Below are positions 62,739 through 64,000 of a stretch of 64,000 nt of DNA, piece after piece. The DNA is from Marsupella aquatica (lineage: Eukaryota > Plantae > Marchantiophyta): the NCBI GenBank assembly GCA_973895155.1, contig OZ316896.1:5469303-5533302 (forward strand). The letters are read 5' to 3'. Numbering within the stretch: the stretch's first letter is position 1; each line of letters opens with the position of its first letter. The notes under the pieces were generated by a model. The model made no database searches. It was not told where the DNA came from and worked only from the letters and a program-made list of their open reading frames with translations. The position numbers were made by a program, and so were the translations under genes.

Positions 62739-64000
62739 ACGTTTTGATAATTCTCGCGTCAAATTGATTATGTTTTCATTTCTCATTTTTTTTTCTATTG
62801 TCACGCCGTAAGCTTTGTTTTTACACGGATTTTGGCGTAGACGGACATAATCTCCATTAGTTTTGAGCGTTCGGGCAAGGAGGGATGTGCAAATTGAACC
62901 TTACTCCCGTAATCTAGCGCTAAGTGCGCCTAGTCCTACTTACAGAAATGTCATGGGTATAGTTTGTGTTCCACCGCCGAATTGTACCTTCAGTCGATAG
63001 CTGGATCGACCCCGGCTTAAGGGCTTCTAAGCCTTTGTGCTGTCTGCCTCTGATCCAGATCCGATGAAACGGATATCCAACCCAGGCTTGCAACCACTAT
63101 CCGCAGCCTATACCCCGTGCACGGCTCGGATAATACGTTTGGCCAAGCATTCTCTACCCATATACGAGATTCATACATGCAACTGAACTCACACGCATAC
63201 AATCTTGGTTTACACAAAGGAAATAGTACGAAAAGACTTTACTTTAGAATCTGTCATACACATATACACGGTTGACTCGACATCTCTTGAGTAAACAGGC
63301 CCAACGACAGAGCGGCATACACTACAACGGAGCCCGGCTCTGCACTCATCCAACAAGCTTAGTCATACCCTCCCTCCTTGGTGTTCTTTCACTCACAAAG
63401 GCCGGGACTCCCCGCACATCCTATGGATACCCGGTTTTGAAACTAAAATCCCCCCTTGCCTCTACCGGGGGGTGCACTAAATACTAAGAGTCGGGGCTCA
63501 GAACGGCCACGTGCTCGAATCTATGCTATCCAAGATTCTAAACTCTGCTAACTGTCAGGCCGTAAAATGACATGTCTTATTCTAAGATTCTAACTACGAC
63601 GGTTGGTCGGATAGGACAGCGCTACTAACTAGTTTTGGCACTTGTCCTTATCGCCTGACTATCCTATTCCTAACTCTATCTTAAACCTATTCCACTGCTA
63701 ATGTCTGGCATGCTTGCCAGACCTGCCTGAGTTGGATTTGAAGCGGCCATCCCATTGCGTCCTGAGCCGGTCGGCGTCTTGCTTGAGCAGCTGGACCTGG
63801 TCCAGTAGAGATTCATTCTCTTGCTTTGCCGCATCCGTCTCCTTCGCGGCTTCCTGGCATGCCTCTTCCAATTGCGAGGCGTCGCTTGTCAGCTTGTCCA
63901 CCAATTGGGCATGCTTTGTAGCTTCTCCTTGAAGTTGTGCCACTTCCGCCTTCAAGGCATCTATCTCGGTTGCATCTCCTTGGGCCCAAGCGTCGGCCTC
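62739..64000 (-). mobile_element. Second, diverged copy of the ORF-bearing TG...CA element (runs off the window)
   Basis: Starts TGTCACGCCGTAAGC versus TGTCACGTCGTAGGC (reverse complement of the 53861 end); ORF tail KLTSDASQLEEACQEAA.ETDAA..ENESLLDQV and downstream non-coding sequence are homologous. Confidence 0.92.

Overview
Eukaryotic, plant-type, transposon-dense DNA (probably a non-seed plant; inference). No intact host gene is recognisable; the window is a nest of transposons. In order: a MULE-like MITE end and a Ty1/copia gag remnant; an L1-type LINE split by an 18.5-kb CACTA element (2119-20653, 18-bp TIRs, GAT TSD) that contains a second CACTA and a MITE; three Ty3/gypsy elements; a full-length LINE with a 19-bp TSD; a third LINE; an orphan block of accessory ORFs; and two copies of a ~4-kb TG...CA element. 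Highlights: (1) upstream of its transposase the large CACTA carries a co-oriented cassette of a single PHD-like finger, an EDM2-type composite PHD module with an H3-tail-like N-terminus, two Pol-lambda-type BRCT domains and an F-box-like protein, a candidate TE-encoded chromatin-reading/anti-silencing system; (2) a 4005-bp solo-LTR-like unit with a 5-bp TSD that encodes an ~880-aa protein inside it; (3) two Cassandra-like 5S rRNA internal-promoter segments, one upstream of a coding gypsy gag. All homology calls are by eye from recalled motifs, not database searches.
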